The notes: generated by a model not told the origin, from the letters alone. A DNA stretch of 62,994 bases, filler included, from Nemertoderma westbladi (GCA_032718475.1; 3 parts of 3 records of this genome joined end to end with filler, not necessarily neighbours in it); one strand, 5' to 3'. Shown: positions 36,350-48,528, counted from the first letter of the whole stretch. Program-made: numbers and translations.

Positions 36350-37564
36350 ATGCCGAAAGTTGATAGATTAGTGGCCGACGCGGTGGCATTTATGAGAAAC
36401 GCACCTCTTAACCAAATCGGTTCCAATATTTATTCCCTACCCGACGTAATTAACGAGATTAAAGACAAACAAACCCGCAGTCGTCTGTCTGTATTGCCGT
36501 ACAGAATTACCTACAAAGAGCCCTCCACCGAGTCCATTCGGTTCGTCTCAGAGTTCGCTAAGAGAACCGGGGATTACCGGAGTTTATCGGCCGTGGATGT
36601 CCGAGTGCTCGCCCTGTGCTACGAACTGGAGCGGGAGTGCTGCGGTGTCCAGCACCTTAGAACTGAACCGGTCCACCGCAGTGGTGAGCTGGTGTCTGGT
36701 GCCTGCACGGTGGGACCTCTAGACTCGGACATCCCTGGGTTTTATTTCCCTCAGAGGCAGAATGTTGGTTCTATAGGGACCGATACAGGTGCGACGGAAA
36801 GTGACGATGTTGATAAGATGGAAGAAAACGTTATTATGACAGTGGGCGAAGGAGAAATATTGGATGACTCAAAAACCGATGTTCCGGTATTGGATGAGGA
36901 GTCAGTTGATTCTGATGATCTTGATGATGACGACAACGACGGTAACTGGATAACCCCTTCCAACATTAAGACCCAATCCGCGGGAATTGGCGACGATATC
37001 GAATCGACGTGTGTAGAGATCCCAGTAGCCTGTCTAACTACCGATTTCGCGATGCAAAACGTTTTACTTCAGATCGGTTTACGTGTGGTTGCGTTGGACG
37101 GCCAGTTTATCTCGCGCGTGAACACTTACGTACTCAAGTGCAAGGCCTGCTTCAAGGTAACTTCAGTAATGAGCAATAAATTCTGTCCGAAATGCGGCAA
37201 CGACAGTTTAATGAAGGTATCATGTTCCGTGGACTCGGAAGGGGCGCTTAAGTACCACGTCTCCAAATGGAAACTGCTAAACACTCGCGGGTTAAAGTTC
37301 TCCCTTCCGACTCCCCAGGGAGGTAAACACGGTATCAACCCGGTGCTGTGCGCCGACCAGCCGTTGCCACACCAGCGGCTTTCTAAGAAGGCCCAACTGA
37401 AGACGAGCCCTCTCGACGCAGACTTGTACGTTCTCACCGGGTCACCTTTCGCCACCACCGACGTTCACAGTAAGGGGTTTAATCTGGGGCTGGCCAACCG
37501 CGGTTACACTCACAGCAACGCGAATCCCAGTCGAGATAAACACCGCTCGAAACATAAACGATAG
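36350..37564 (+). CDS. NOB1: RNA-binding protein NOB1 (18S rRNA site D endonuclease), single coding exon
   Basis: PIN domain (LVADAVAF, TGDYRSLSAVD), GNWITPSN, TTDFAMQNVLLQIGL and zinc ribbon CKAC...FCPKCGN. Confidence 0.97.
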   Translation: MPKVDRLVADAVAFMRNAPLNQIGSNIYSLPDVINEIKDKQTRSRLSVLPYRITYKEPSTESIRFVSEFAKRTGDYRSLSAVDVRVLALCYELERECCGVQHLRTEPVHRSGELVSGACTVGPLDSDIPGFYFPQRQNVGSIGTDTGATESDDVDKMEENVIMTVGEGEILDDSKTDVPVLDEESVDSDDLDDDDNDGNWITPSNIKTQSAGIGDDIESTCVEIPVACLTTDFAMQNVLLQIGLRVVALDGQFISRVNTYVLKCKACFKVTSVMSNKFCPKCGNDSLMKVSCSVDSEGALKYHVSKWKLLNTRGLKFSLPTPQGGKHGINPVLCADQPLPHQRLSKKAQLKTSPLDADLYVLTGSPFATTDVHSKGFNLGLANRGYTHSNANPSRDKHRSKHKR

Positions 37565-38486
37565 ACTCTGAGTCTATACACGCCGGCGCGTTTCCTTAGC
37601 TGATGGGGTACCGGTACCAACCGATTGAGGTGTGGTTCTACTAAATATAGTTTGTTTGTTTGTATACAACAGTTGGTGGTTGAATAATGGCGCCTTGTTA
37701 TTTGAAATACTAATGAATTATTATTAATGAGGATGGAATGTTGAAATACACAGCAGAATTGTAAAGAATTAGTTTCTTATAACCATTATTCTCATCAATG
37801 TTTTCTGGGTTGCCACTAATCTGCCCTCCGATAGCCAGGGAAAAGGAATTCATGGAAATATGAATGAAAAAAGTGAAAAAAAAATGCAGAAAATTCAATG
37901 TTTATTGTTTTGGTTCCCCCAACACGCCTCTGTAACCTGATCCTTTAAATGACAATGGGTCAATTGAGCAATGGGTCCGCGGACCAAATACCAGTATATA
38001 ATAACCAATAACCATCCTTATAATATTTATTCCATTTACTTGCTGATGAACATAGTAAATTATTGGATTGATAAAATAAATGAGAATGTCGCCATGGTTA
38101 CTCATGACCGAAATAGTACCCGTACCGGGGATTTGGATTTATTGAGTTTCTATTATAGTATAAATAATTAATTGTTTCCCTCCCACCAATTCAAATCGGT
38201 TTGGTTGGTTGCGATGGGACCCTCCACGTTGGCATGGACGCAGTACCGGTATCCATTTATGGTCAACATAATATTTAAAACCTCAGTTATTTTTTCAAAT
38301 TGTAAATCATATTATATTATTATGTAAACAAAGCAATATTGTCAATAACTCAATTGTGCTCAGATAACAAGATTTCGGAATAATTCGGATAACTCCGATT
38401 ATAATTATTTGAAGTAAGATATAAGTTTTCATTTACTTTCATTATCGAAGATTTCGTTGTCCATACAGGCAGCCCAATCAGGAGCG

Positions 38487-39368
38487 ATGGGAGACAATGT
38501 TGCGGAGCGATCTGGTGGAGTTCAAACCACAGGCGGCGGTGGCGTCGCTAAATCGGTGCGACCCACTTCCGGGTTCACCGTAAAGACCTCAGCGATCGAG
38601 AGCGAACCGCCCAACAAGGTATTCGTCAACGTCTGCCATTCCGAGTTGCTACCCGAACCCAAGCCGATGTCAGAGGAAGACCTACTGGAACTTATCAACG
38701 AGGAGGACAAAGTATCGGACTACCGAATTCCTATGAGTTTAGGAGAACCCCATGCTGAGGTTGACAACAACGGTAAGGGATGTACAGCGTACGACGTCAT
38801 AGTAAATACTCGCTTCTACAAAGACAAGATAGACCCTAAAGGAGAATACAATATAGGTAAAGGGAATCTATGGAAGGGATTTCTATTGACCATTGTATTC
38901 GAGGGCTTAGAAGCTAAATACGATATACAACTCAATCGTAAGTACATTATACTCAGGAATAAGAAGTATTTGGGAGAAATCCAACAACAATTCATTAGGG
39001 AGAGGCGGAAGAATCCATTAATCGAGGAGGTTTCTATGGAGACAAGGAAGTCCGAAGAGGATCGAATAACCCGGAAGTCCGGACCCAGTTCCCGGATCTC
39101 CGAGCCTAGGTACCGGTTGATTAAGGAGCCGGAAGTAGGCCTACCTACTACCGTGTATTGCGAGGTGAATCTACCGACTACGGATAGCGGAGATACGGTG
39201 GATGTTGATGTAGGAGAGGATAGGATCGTGGTTCACGATAAACCCCTTAAACACTACCTCGATATTTATTTGCCGTACAACGTCGTGCAAGCTGAGGTAA
39301 CGGCGAAGTTTCATTGTGACTCACATCTGTTGAAGATCGCAATGCCGGTGCAACCAGCCAATAGCTAG
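38487..39368 (+). CDS. PIH1D1: PIH1 domain-containing protein 1 (R2TP subunit), single coding exon
   Basis: GFTVKT, KVFVNVCHS, RIPMSLGEPHAEVD..GKGCTAYDV and a C-terminal CS domain. First ATG at 38487. Confidence 0.93.
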   Translation: MGDNVAERSGGVQTTGGGGVAKSVRPTSGFTVKTSAIESEPPNKVFVNVCHSELLPEPKPMSEEDLLELINEEDKVSDYRIPMSLGEPHAEVDNNGKGCTAYDVIVNTRFYKDKIDPKGEYNIGKGNLWKGFLLTIVFEGLEAKYDIQLNRKYIILRNKKYLGEIQQQFIRERRKNPLIEEVSMETRKSEEDRITRKSGPSSRISEPRYRLIKEPEVGLPTTVYCEVNLPTTDSGDTVDVDVGEDRIVVHDKPLKHYLDIYLPYNVVQAEVTAKFHCDSHLLKIAMPVQPANS

Positions 39369-40516
39369 TCCCTAGTAATGTGGAAACTTTCATTAAGGCC
39401 AAAGGTCACATACATAACTCCATTCAATAGTTTGTTGTTGTCCTCTTTTACCGGGATTTAATATAATTAAAATAATAAATGTATTTTGTTTTATGTTAAT
39501 TGTTGTTATCCCCCTTAGACACAATTAATTAATAGGCATCCCGCTTACGAAATCTGTATGTTTCTGATATTAACCACGACAAGTATTTTTACAGAGATCG
39601 TAATGTAAAGACAATAACAATGGCGTAGACCGTATTCAATGAGGATGGGAAGGGGGGAGATCCAATCTCGGCGAATTAATATTTCGTCTCAGTTCAATGT
39701 TAAATTACCAATTTAAGGAAAGGAGCAGTTTAGAGTTGCACGTTATTCTAACCAAAACATTAAATGAAATTCAAATGAACAGGTTGCGTTACCTTATTAT
39801 TTTTGATAGTAATCAGTTGTTATTTGCGTCGATTTTTCCCTGAGAGGGATGTAAAGGTTTATAAATATACTTAAAAGGTACCATTCTGCTCTGCCTCCAG
39901 TGTTTGGGGTGATACTCAGTATTTAGTATTGTGTTTCACATTTAAAGCATTAACGATTTGTAGAATAATTCAGGGCGGGGTTACTTCATCAGAAAAGTAA
40001 TATTTAAAAGTAATAGTTATTGTGCATTATAATATATAATATTACTCATTGAATTTATAAATTATATTATATTATTAATAAATTAATAAATATTATACAA
40101 CAACATAAATAATATAGTAAGGTGTAAGTAAAGTACTATAAAATACTAGTAATAGTAAATACTAAAGACATTGCTGGAAATAATGGATAATAAAATTATA
40201 GTACTATACAAAAATTCGGGACTGAAATTCCAAATTACATGGTAAACTGAAATTATTTGCCCATCTGATATTGCATGCATATTTAAAATATTCTTAAAAA
40301 AAACCTTTTATTCCGTACCTTTTTGTTCAGTATGTAATAATTTATACATGGTGGGGTGGTCCAATGAAAACTGAGGCATTTAGGTTTGTATTTACTATTT
40401 AGTAATTCTAATTTTTATTAGAAATGTATTACTTTAAGTGTGATAATTAGAAAAATGTAAGTTTAAAACTATTTAAGAATTCCTTTTTACAAGTATATCA
40501 ATTTTGTTAATGAAAC

Positions 40517-41063
40517 CTGAAGTAAGCAATGGTTTGAACCACGGAGCAGATGGTTGTACCGGAAGTAAGAAGGTTTGACCCAAAGAGCAGATGGTTGTAC
40601 CGGAAGTAAGCAATGGTTTGAACCAGAGCAGATGGTTGTACCGGACGTAAGAAGGTTTGACCCAAAGAGCAGATGGTTGTACCGGAAGTAAGCATAAGTT
40701 TGAACCACGGAGCAGATGGTTGTACCGGAAGTAAGAAGGTTTGACCCAAAGAGCAGATGGTTGTACCGGAAGTAAGCATAAGTTTGAACCACGGAGCAGA
40801 TGGTTGTACCGGAAGTAAGAAGGTTTGACCCAAAGAGCAGATGGTTGTACCGGAAGTAAGCAATGGTGTGAACCAGAGCAGATAGTTGTACCGGAAGTAA
40901 GAAGGTTTGACCCAAAGAGCAGATGGTTGTACCGGAAGTAAGCAATGGTGTGAACCAGAGCAGATGGTTGTACCGGAAGTAAGAAGGTTTGACCCAAAGA
41001 GCAGATGGTTGTACCGGAAGTAAGCAATGGTTTGAACCAGAGCAGATGGTTGTACCGGAAGTA
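40517..41063. repeat. Dimeric minisatellite, 13 units of 41-43 bp
   Basis: Near-constant GAGCAGATGGTTGTACCGGAAGTAAG separated by two alternating related linkers (AAGGTTTGACCCAAA / CAATGGTTTGAACCA). Confidence 0.95.
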
Positions 41064-41218
41064 ATACAACGTTAACACCTATAATTTTCCTGCCATGAAA
41101 AATCAAATTAATATAACTTTGAAACTTCCGCTACCTATATAGATTATAGAAGGTGGTGTTTTGATTTCTTAGTCTCAGTGTGTAAAAAATAAAATCCCCC
41201 CCCCCCCCCCCCCCACTA

Positions 41219-42097
41219 TTACGTGCTATAAACCCGAACTAATTCGCTAATCTCCTTCCTACATATGGGGCAGTAATCCTTCCTATTAACCAACTGTTTG
41301 CCGCACTGCATACAGCAGCACATGTGATGGCAAGGAGCGAACAAACAATCCTTCCGACGGTCCATGCAGATCGCGCAGTCTATATCGCGAGGACTCTGAG
41401 TGGGGAGGTCCTGTATGGGGTTGAGGTTGCCTCGGTGGGAGAGGAACGGGAGAGAATCTCCGGAGAAACTGATCGCGGTCCGTCGCATACGGAGTTGCTC
41501 GCGTCTCGCTATCTTCCTACTCTCAACCTGCTCCTCCGAGAGAATCAGAGGTTGCCGTCCCGATCGCATAAACAATGTTTTACCCATCGCCTGTAACAGA
41601 TCGCGGGCCGCGTCAAGGGTTTGTGTGGACGTACTCCGGGACATACTCACCTCTACTTCCGGTATGTTGTAAACCGGATGCAGCCAGCGGAGTCCGATAA
41701 AACGGTGGACGTTGACAGCAACGGCGGAGGACAATGAGTTCATATCCATAGATATTGTGTTAGTCGCTAAGATACAATCCGAAGTGCACATCGATGAAAC
41801 AGAGAAGAACAAATCCTTTTTAATCGCCTCGTTCTCGACTATAGCTTCGAATACGAATTCCGCATCTTTCACAACTTCCTGCAGTTCTCCTATACATAGA
41901 ACTGTTCCCAGGAAGTTATCAGTCAGCATTAAACCTTCCGATATTAGCTCGGATTTGTCCCGTTCCAGATTCTCGCGTACAGCTGCCAGAGCTCCGGGGT
42001 TTTTGTCCCAAACTTTAACGCTGTGTCCATGGGATGCGAGTTCCCCAGCTATCTTAACTCCCATTAGGCCACATCCGATAACCGCTATACGAACCAT
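41219..42097 (-). CDS. 3-hydroxyacyl-CoA dehydrogenase-like NAD-binding domain fused to a C3HC4 RING finger
   Basis: VIGCGLMG, VWD, FEAIVENEAIKKDLF, LATNT and MGK motifs; C-terminal CAIC...PCHHMCCCMQC...CPICR. Confidence 0.92.
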   Translation of the reverse strand: MVRIAVIGCGLMGVKIAGELASHGHSVKVWDKNPGALAAVRENLERDKSELISEGLMLTDNFLGTVLCIGELQEVVKDAEFVFEAIVENEAIKKDLFFSVSSMCTSDCILATNTISMDMNSLSSAVAVNVHRFIGLRWLHPVYNIPEVEVSMSRSTSTQTLDAARDLLQAMGKTLFMRSGRQPLILSEEQVESRKIARREQLRMRRTAISFSGDSLPFLSHRGNLNPIQDLPTQSPRDIDCAICMDRRKDCLFAPCHHMCCCMQCGKQLVNRKDYCPICRKEISELVRVYST

Positions 42098-42356
42098 TTG
42101 GTTAGGCAGAGGCGTTAGCCGGTAGGCCTATATTTTTACGGTAGGCCTATACGATTCGTTACCGCTGTACCGTTACAAAACTAAAGTAAACAAGCATTCA
42201 CATTCATTATCTATGAATGTAACATAATGCAAGTAACATTAATGCGAAAACACTTATAATGTACAACAACAACTGATGTAGGGAAAACTGTTAGATCTTT
42301 TAAAACCCATTCATGCAACCAGATGATAATAAATATTAAACTTTAACTGAACCGTG

Positions 42357-42795
42357 TGTGTACCAGTGTCACAGGCGAAAATGCCCCCCCGCGCGAAATG
42401 TCCTCCCCCCTCCCGGGCATTTTCGCCTAGCGCCAAATGCCCCCCCCCCCCACCCCAGAGCATTTTCACCCCAGATTTCAAGAGTGAATTTATTACATTA
42501 GAGCTTTATGACTTAGTACGGTGGATGATCTTTGCCAATTAATTTTTTTTTCAGAAGTTCCCCACCATGGCGTCATAATTTATGGTCGACCATAAATAAT
42601 GACGTCATGGAGAACTTGGTTGACTACATGATAATTAGGGTTTTAATTAGGGTTTGGGCCTGACCAACTAACCCTAACCAAAAAAACAAACAAATAAAGT
42701 GCTGCTTATGCCTACTGCAGTATTACTATACTTAAGGCTATGGGTTGGGGGGCATACCGCGCGGGGGGCATATTCGCCTAGGGCGCCGGTGCGCA
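42357..42795. mobile_element. Small MITE-like element
   Basis: AGGCGAAAATGCCCCCC.GCGCG at ~42373 is inverted at ~42758-42779, with a degenerate outward extension. Confidence 0.5.
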
Positions 42796-43440
42796 TATTA
42801 CCGATTGGGGTGCCGTTTCAGCCTAATTTAACATATTTACTTAATTTCGCGAATATTTAATATTACCAATTGGGGTGCCGTTTCAGCCTATTTGAACATA
42901 TTAACTTAATTTCGATATTCACAATTTAAGGCACCTTTTAGATGAAAGTAGCAGGTCCTAATGGCAGGCTTTTCTAAGCAAAACAATAAACTAAATTTAG
43001 GAACACAGTTTACAGTATAATTTTTACTTCCAGGGCACTAATTTTTCATTATTAATTTAACATTAACCCTATGGGAAGGCTGAAACTACACCCCAATTGG
43101 CTTTTTGCTACCGGTGCGCCAGTGCCATATAACTTTCCTTTGCTTAATTTATCTAATTTAATAAATTAATATTATTTTTAGGTATAAAATAATATTTTAG
43201 AAGTCCGGCCTGGCCTAGAAGCACCGGTTGTCAGTGTAAAGTAAAGTGACTGCCAAAATAAAATCCATCCTTCAACCCATTCAATCTGGGAAACGATTTA
43301 CGACATTATAATTATAATGTCTGTTAACTGAATTGATATTTTAAATTTGCAGTAAAATGTACTGAAGTTGTCAAGTAGTCTCAGTGTTTTTCTCTCGGTT
43401 ATGTTAAACAGCTTACAATAGATTAGGGGCGCCTATAATA

Positions 43441-44112
43441 AGGATGATAAAGATTACAGGCGCTCAAAGGATGGTATGCTTGAGCATGTGGACGACTTCT
43501 GTTACCTGGGATCATGGATCCGGAAGTCAGGTGAGGACCTTCGAATACGTAAGGGAAAGGCATGGGCAGCCTTGAATAGGCTTTCCAGGATTTGGAAGTC
43601 ACCGAGAATTACTCGGAAACTTAAGGTCCGATTATTTAGAGCAGCAGTAGTTCCAGTACTCCTCTACGGGAGTCCATGCTGGGCTCTAACTGCTGAGGAC
43701 ACCAAATCTCTGGATGGCACATTCACAAGAATGCTACGCCGGGTTCATTGTGTCAAGTACAATGCACACATCTCCAACCAGACACTATATAACATTGGAG
43801 GTGTCTCATTGGTTCCCCCAAGCTTGACACTAGAACAAAATCGCCTCCGCTTTGCAGGACATTGCTTTCGCCGTGAGGACCAGCCAGTGCATAATCTTGT
43901 ACTTTGGCAGCCTCATGGAGTGAATAAGCATGGTGGACAGCCCATGACTTTCTTGAGACGCATCTTAAAGGACACTGGCCTTAAAGATGCGGATGATCTA
44001 GCAAATGTCATGGTTGATAGGGAGTTGTGGCGGTGCAATTTTTGTTGGCAAGCCAGCACAGCATTCTTAAAAATGCAGCTGCAATGCAGCATGCCGATCC
44101 TAGTAGTAGTAG
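43441..44112 (+). mobile_element. 5'-truncated RTE-clade LINE (second copy)
   Basis: Near-identical to 33294-33898, with FCYLGS, a (TAG)n tail and TSD TATAATA (43434-43440, 44113-44119). Confidence 0.92.
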
Positions 44113-44713
44113 TATAATATCTCGTCGACCTCTCTCATTATTGCCAATCCTGATGCGATTCCGGCAATTTTTCGGCCACTAAACCATGAACCAATATAAT
44201 GTATTCCTAACTCTCATCTATTGTTTTGGTTCCTTTCAAATCGCCTCTGTAACCTGCTCCTTTACGGTGGTGAGGTTATATTCAGCCACCATAGATTTGC
44301 GTCCAGCCCCCCCCCCCCCCCCCCCCTGTCCCGTCATCTTAGGTTCGCCCCTATTACTGTTTTTTACATGAGTTATGAAAGTTTCAAGCCGAAAAATGTA
44401 TTTATTTATTTATCACTAAATACTGGCAGAACAGCTTTTTGTGTAATTCTACCTGGTACATAAGAAACAAACCAAATATTGATTGTTTTAAACCGGTAAT
44501 TTTTGAATTATTTGCTAAAAACTATTGGCAAAAAACTATTAACATAATAATTATTTGGAATACAGTAGATATCATTACAGTAATAAAACTATAAAGTTGA
44601 TCTTGTTGCAGCATTTAGCAGCGACAATAATGTTTCATAATAGAATGTGAAGTTACACTGTGCAATTCCTTTCACCTGAATGAAGAAATACAGGCCAAAT
44701 AATAGCAGAATGA

Positions 44714-47700
44714 CACAGTGGGGCTGATATACGTTTTATAAAATAAAAATGCCCAAACTAACTGATTTCATTTTTTGGTATACTTCAACACCCTGGTTCC
44801 GACCCTGACATTTTTAAAATCTTTTGCTGGTGTCTTTTTCTTAAAATTACTAAATAAATTAGTAATAATAATAATAAATAATAACACCAAATTTATATAG
44901 CGCACTATCTATAAATAAATAGGTCTAATGCGCATTTACACGTACATTACATAATATTAGTTCGGAAAAGCCTTAAGAAAATAATGTGAATTAAGCATAG
45001 TTTTGAAAGAAGCTAGACTGCTCGCTATCCTGATTTCCAATGGTAGGTCATTAAAGATTCTCGGTGCAGCCGCCGAAAAAGTGTTTAAATGCGCCAAATG
45101 TTTTATAGTTGGTTGATGGTACAGTACTACCAAAGTTGAGTTATACTGCGATCGTGTCACTTTGGAGTTAATTTGAATTAATTCAGCCAAGTAATCAGGA
45201 GCAACTCCATTTAAACACTTCCAAGTTATTAATGCAATCTTATACCTGATTCTGAAAGATGTTGGCAACCAATGAAGGTCTTTGAGTAGAGGTGGCACAT
45301 GAGAACGCCTATTAACACAATTTACAACACGTGCGCAATGATTAATCACACTTTGAAATCTTTGTTGTAGATAATCCGGAATACCAACTAATAGAGAGTT
45401 ACAGTAGTCCATTCTCGATAGTATTAATGACGTCATCAGCTTCACAGTTTGCTCCCTACTTAAATATCTTCTTATCCTCGATATATTCCTTAAATGATAA
45501 TTGGATACCTTTACAATAGACGAAATGTGTCTTTCCATGTTCATTTTGTCATCAAGTATGAATCCTAAAGATTTGAAATGAGATACTGAAGTCACATTTT
45601 TCTCACCAAAAATAAGAGTTACAGGTTCAATATCAGCAATTGCAAAGCGATTACGAATTATCATAAGCTCGGTTTTGTCACTATTTAACATAAGGTTCAC
45701 AGACACCATCCAATTATCTAGTATATTTATCATATTCACTATCTCATTATTGATAATATCTAGATCTTCAAGAGCAAAGATGAAGTACAGCTGTGTATCA
45801 TCAGCATAAATCTGAAAGTTTAAGTTCATGTCCATGCAAAGTTGAGCAAGCGGCAGAGTATATAAGTACAATAACGGTCCCAAAATCGAGCCTTGCGGGA
45901 CGCCAGAATCAAGTTTCACCACACGAGATCGAACTCCTTTGATCATTACCCAAAAAGATCTCTCACTAAGATAACTCTTTAGCCAATTTAGTACCGTCCC
46001 TTTAATTCCTATATCCATGAGGCAAGTAATGAGTTGATTATAATCTACTGTATCGAATGCTGCCGATTGATCCAATAGTAATAAGGCAACTAGCTTTTTG
46101 TTATCCAATGCACCCATGATATCATTATGAATACGTGTCAGCATAGTTTCAGTTGAAAAATGTTTTCGATACCCTGATAAGAACTTTGAAAGAACACGAT
46201 TTTTCGCCATATGTAACTGTAACTGAAAAGCTACTTCTTTTTCACATATTTTTGAAACATATTCAAGGTTAGAAACAGGTCTGTAGTAGTTATTAACATT
46301 TGGATGCAAATTTCGCTTCTTAATGAGAGGGCTAGTCACAACAGTTTTTACTTTGTCTGGGACGCAACCAGTTGTTAGAGAGACATTGATATACCTTGTA
46401 ATAATAGGTCTTATTACACTTATAACTGGTTCTGAACGCAACAATGATGCTGGGATGGGGTCAATCAGCGAATAGGTCGTTTTTAGTTCATTAATTATTT
46501 TAGTAACTCGATCTTCTGTGATCGTATCAAATGTAGTCCACTCTTTATCACCAACATTGATGCTGACTGAGCGAAATAATCTGCAACAGCATTGGAATCC
46601 CTTTTTAATTGAATCTTTTCCTTTATTTTATCAACTTTTTCTTTAAAGAAACTTGCAAACTCCTCACAGAGATCTACCGAGTTTTCATGTTCTGGTAAAA
46701 TCACCTCAAACCTTTTACCGCACAGTTTTGAAACAGCAGAACATAACCTTTTATTATCTGAGCAATCAGAAATTAATCTAGACACACAGCTGTCAATTTT
46801 TCGTATAGAAAAATCTATTCATTCGACCGGAATAGACCAATAATGTCGTCCCGGCAACTTGCAAATATATCATTTCCGTCACCATCTACATCATCCTGTA
46901 TATCATCGCCATTATAGTCCGACATAAAGTCGGCAAAATAATTAGTATTTACGAGTTAGCGGCGTTCTGATGCAAATTTACATTACCGCAGTCTAGCAGT
47001 TTGAATTGCTGTATTGTTGCTTAAGTTCATTACGTTAATTACGTCAATACTATTTATAATAATGCTATATATATTATAAAAAATGCCCAGACCAAATTAT
47101 AGCATTTATCGAGAATTTAAATCAACCTGATTTTGAATCTGTTAATTTTATAATATTTCGTCGGTGTCTTTTAGAGTAATTAAATAAATTAAATATTAAA
47201 TAATATTAATATTATATTAGCAAACCGGCTAATATAATCAATTGTAGTGAAGTCAACTTACCGTACCGTACTGCTATTGCATTGATATTAGTATCATTCA
47301 AACCGCAATGGTCGATTTAGTGGGGGTAGACACCATCAAAACAATGGTCGAGTTATTGCTTCTCGAGATATCGGTCAAAATGTGAGCGCGATTCATATAA
47401 ATGAGCACATAACTTCAGCATTTCAATATCAATATATCACAATATCACAAAAAATATCAATTTTTTTATACTACTATTGTTTTGATGGAGTCTACGACTA
47501 CTAAATCGACCATTGCGGTTCAAATTTAAGCATATTCCCTAAGTCTGTTATTTAAGTCTGATTTTTAGTGATATGGTGATATATTGCATTAACTAGCTTA
47601 CCTAGTGTAATTTAGATTAAGTCAGCGCTCACATTTTGACCGATATCTCGAGAAGTAATACCTCTACCGTTGTTTTGATGATGTCAACACCCACTAAATC

Positions 47701-48157
47701 GACCATTGAGGTTCGAATGATACTAATATCATTGCAATAGGAGTAAGATAAGTTGATATTCACTACAATTGAGTATTAGGCAGTTCTGCTATATAATATT
47801 AATAAATTTAATATTATTTTAGAATATTATTACTCTAAAAGACTAAAGATACTAGAAACTATAGAGAACCTATAGAGAAACTAAAGAGACTAGAAATATT
47901 ATAAAATTAACAGATTCGGAACCGGATTAAAAGTCTCGAAAAATGCTATAATTTGGTCTGGACATTTTTTATAATATATATAGCATTATTATAAATAGTA
48001 TTTATTACTAATTTATTTAGTAATTTTAAGAAAAAGACACCGGCAAAATATTTTGAAAATATCATTTTTGGAATCAGGGCGTTGAAGTGCCCCTAGAAAT
48101 GAAATCAGTTTGGCCGGGCATTTTTCTTATATAAAAAGTTGGTTCAGCCCCACTGTG
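44714..48157. mobile_element. Non-autonomous foldback DNA transposon with CACAGTG termini (Transib/Chapaev-like), interrupted by an L2 LINE
   Basis: CACAGTGGGGCTGA...TCAGCCCCACTGTG. 44714-44865 pairs with ~48003-48157, and ~47047-47520 pairs with ~47560-48002. Flanks are ATGA/ACGA. Confidence 0.85.
44863..46790 (-). pseudogene. 5'-truncated L2-like LINE (RT)
   Basis: YRPVSNL, DQSAAFDTVD, GVPQGSILGP, YADD, LHWLP and FSAAAPRIFNDLP motifs; (TTA)n tail near 44863-44883; frameshift near 46500. Confidence 0.9.
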
Positions 48158-48528
48158 ACGAAGTAGCTAAAATTACAAAATCCATGGATTAAATCCTAGG
48201 GTTTCCAATCAACCGATTGAACTGTAGATTATAATTGAATTTGAATAATTTTGAGTTGGATTCCTACGTCAAGTATAAACTATAATTTACAAATCATATT
48301 TCCTTTTCTTTATAGCCTTGGCTGGGCTGAAGCCCTTTACAAAAAAAAACATTAACTAAGTTTAACACAATGAAAATTGATTAGGGTGGCTAGATAGAAC
48401 AATAACAAACAGATAAATATAGTTACATTTACATTATTAGTTAAACTTGGCAATAACATCGTACGAACAATAACATAACACACAGCGGATTAGTAATAAT
48501 TACCATCGTTTGGAGTCCTACAATAATT

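Noticed and set aside
40517-41063. CRISPR-like array (constant 26-mer with spacers)
   Set aside because: The linkers are 15-17 bp, of only two related alternating types, with no cas genes and a eukaryotic context. The ORFs across it are repeat artefacts.
41219-42097. Bacterial contamination or recent HGT of 3-hydroxybutyryl-CoA dehydrogenase
   Set aside because: It is fused to a eukaryotic RING, contiguous with animal genes and transposons, and its neighbours are intronless too.
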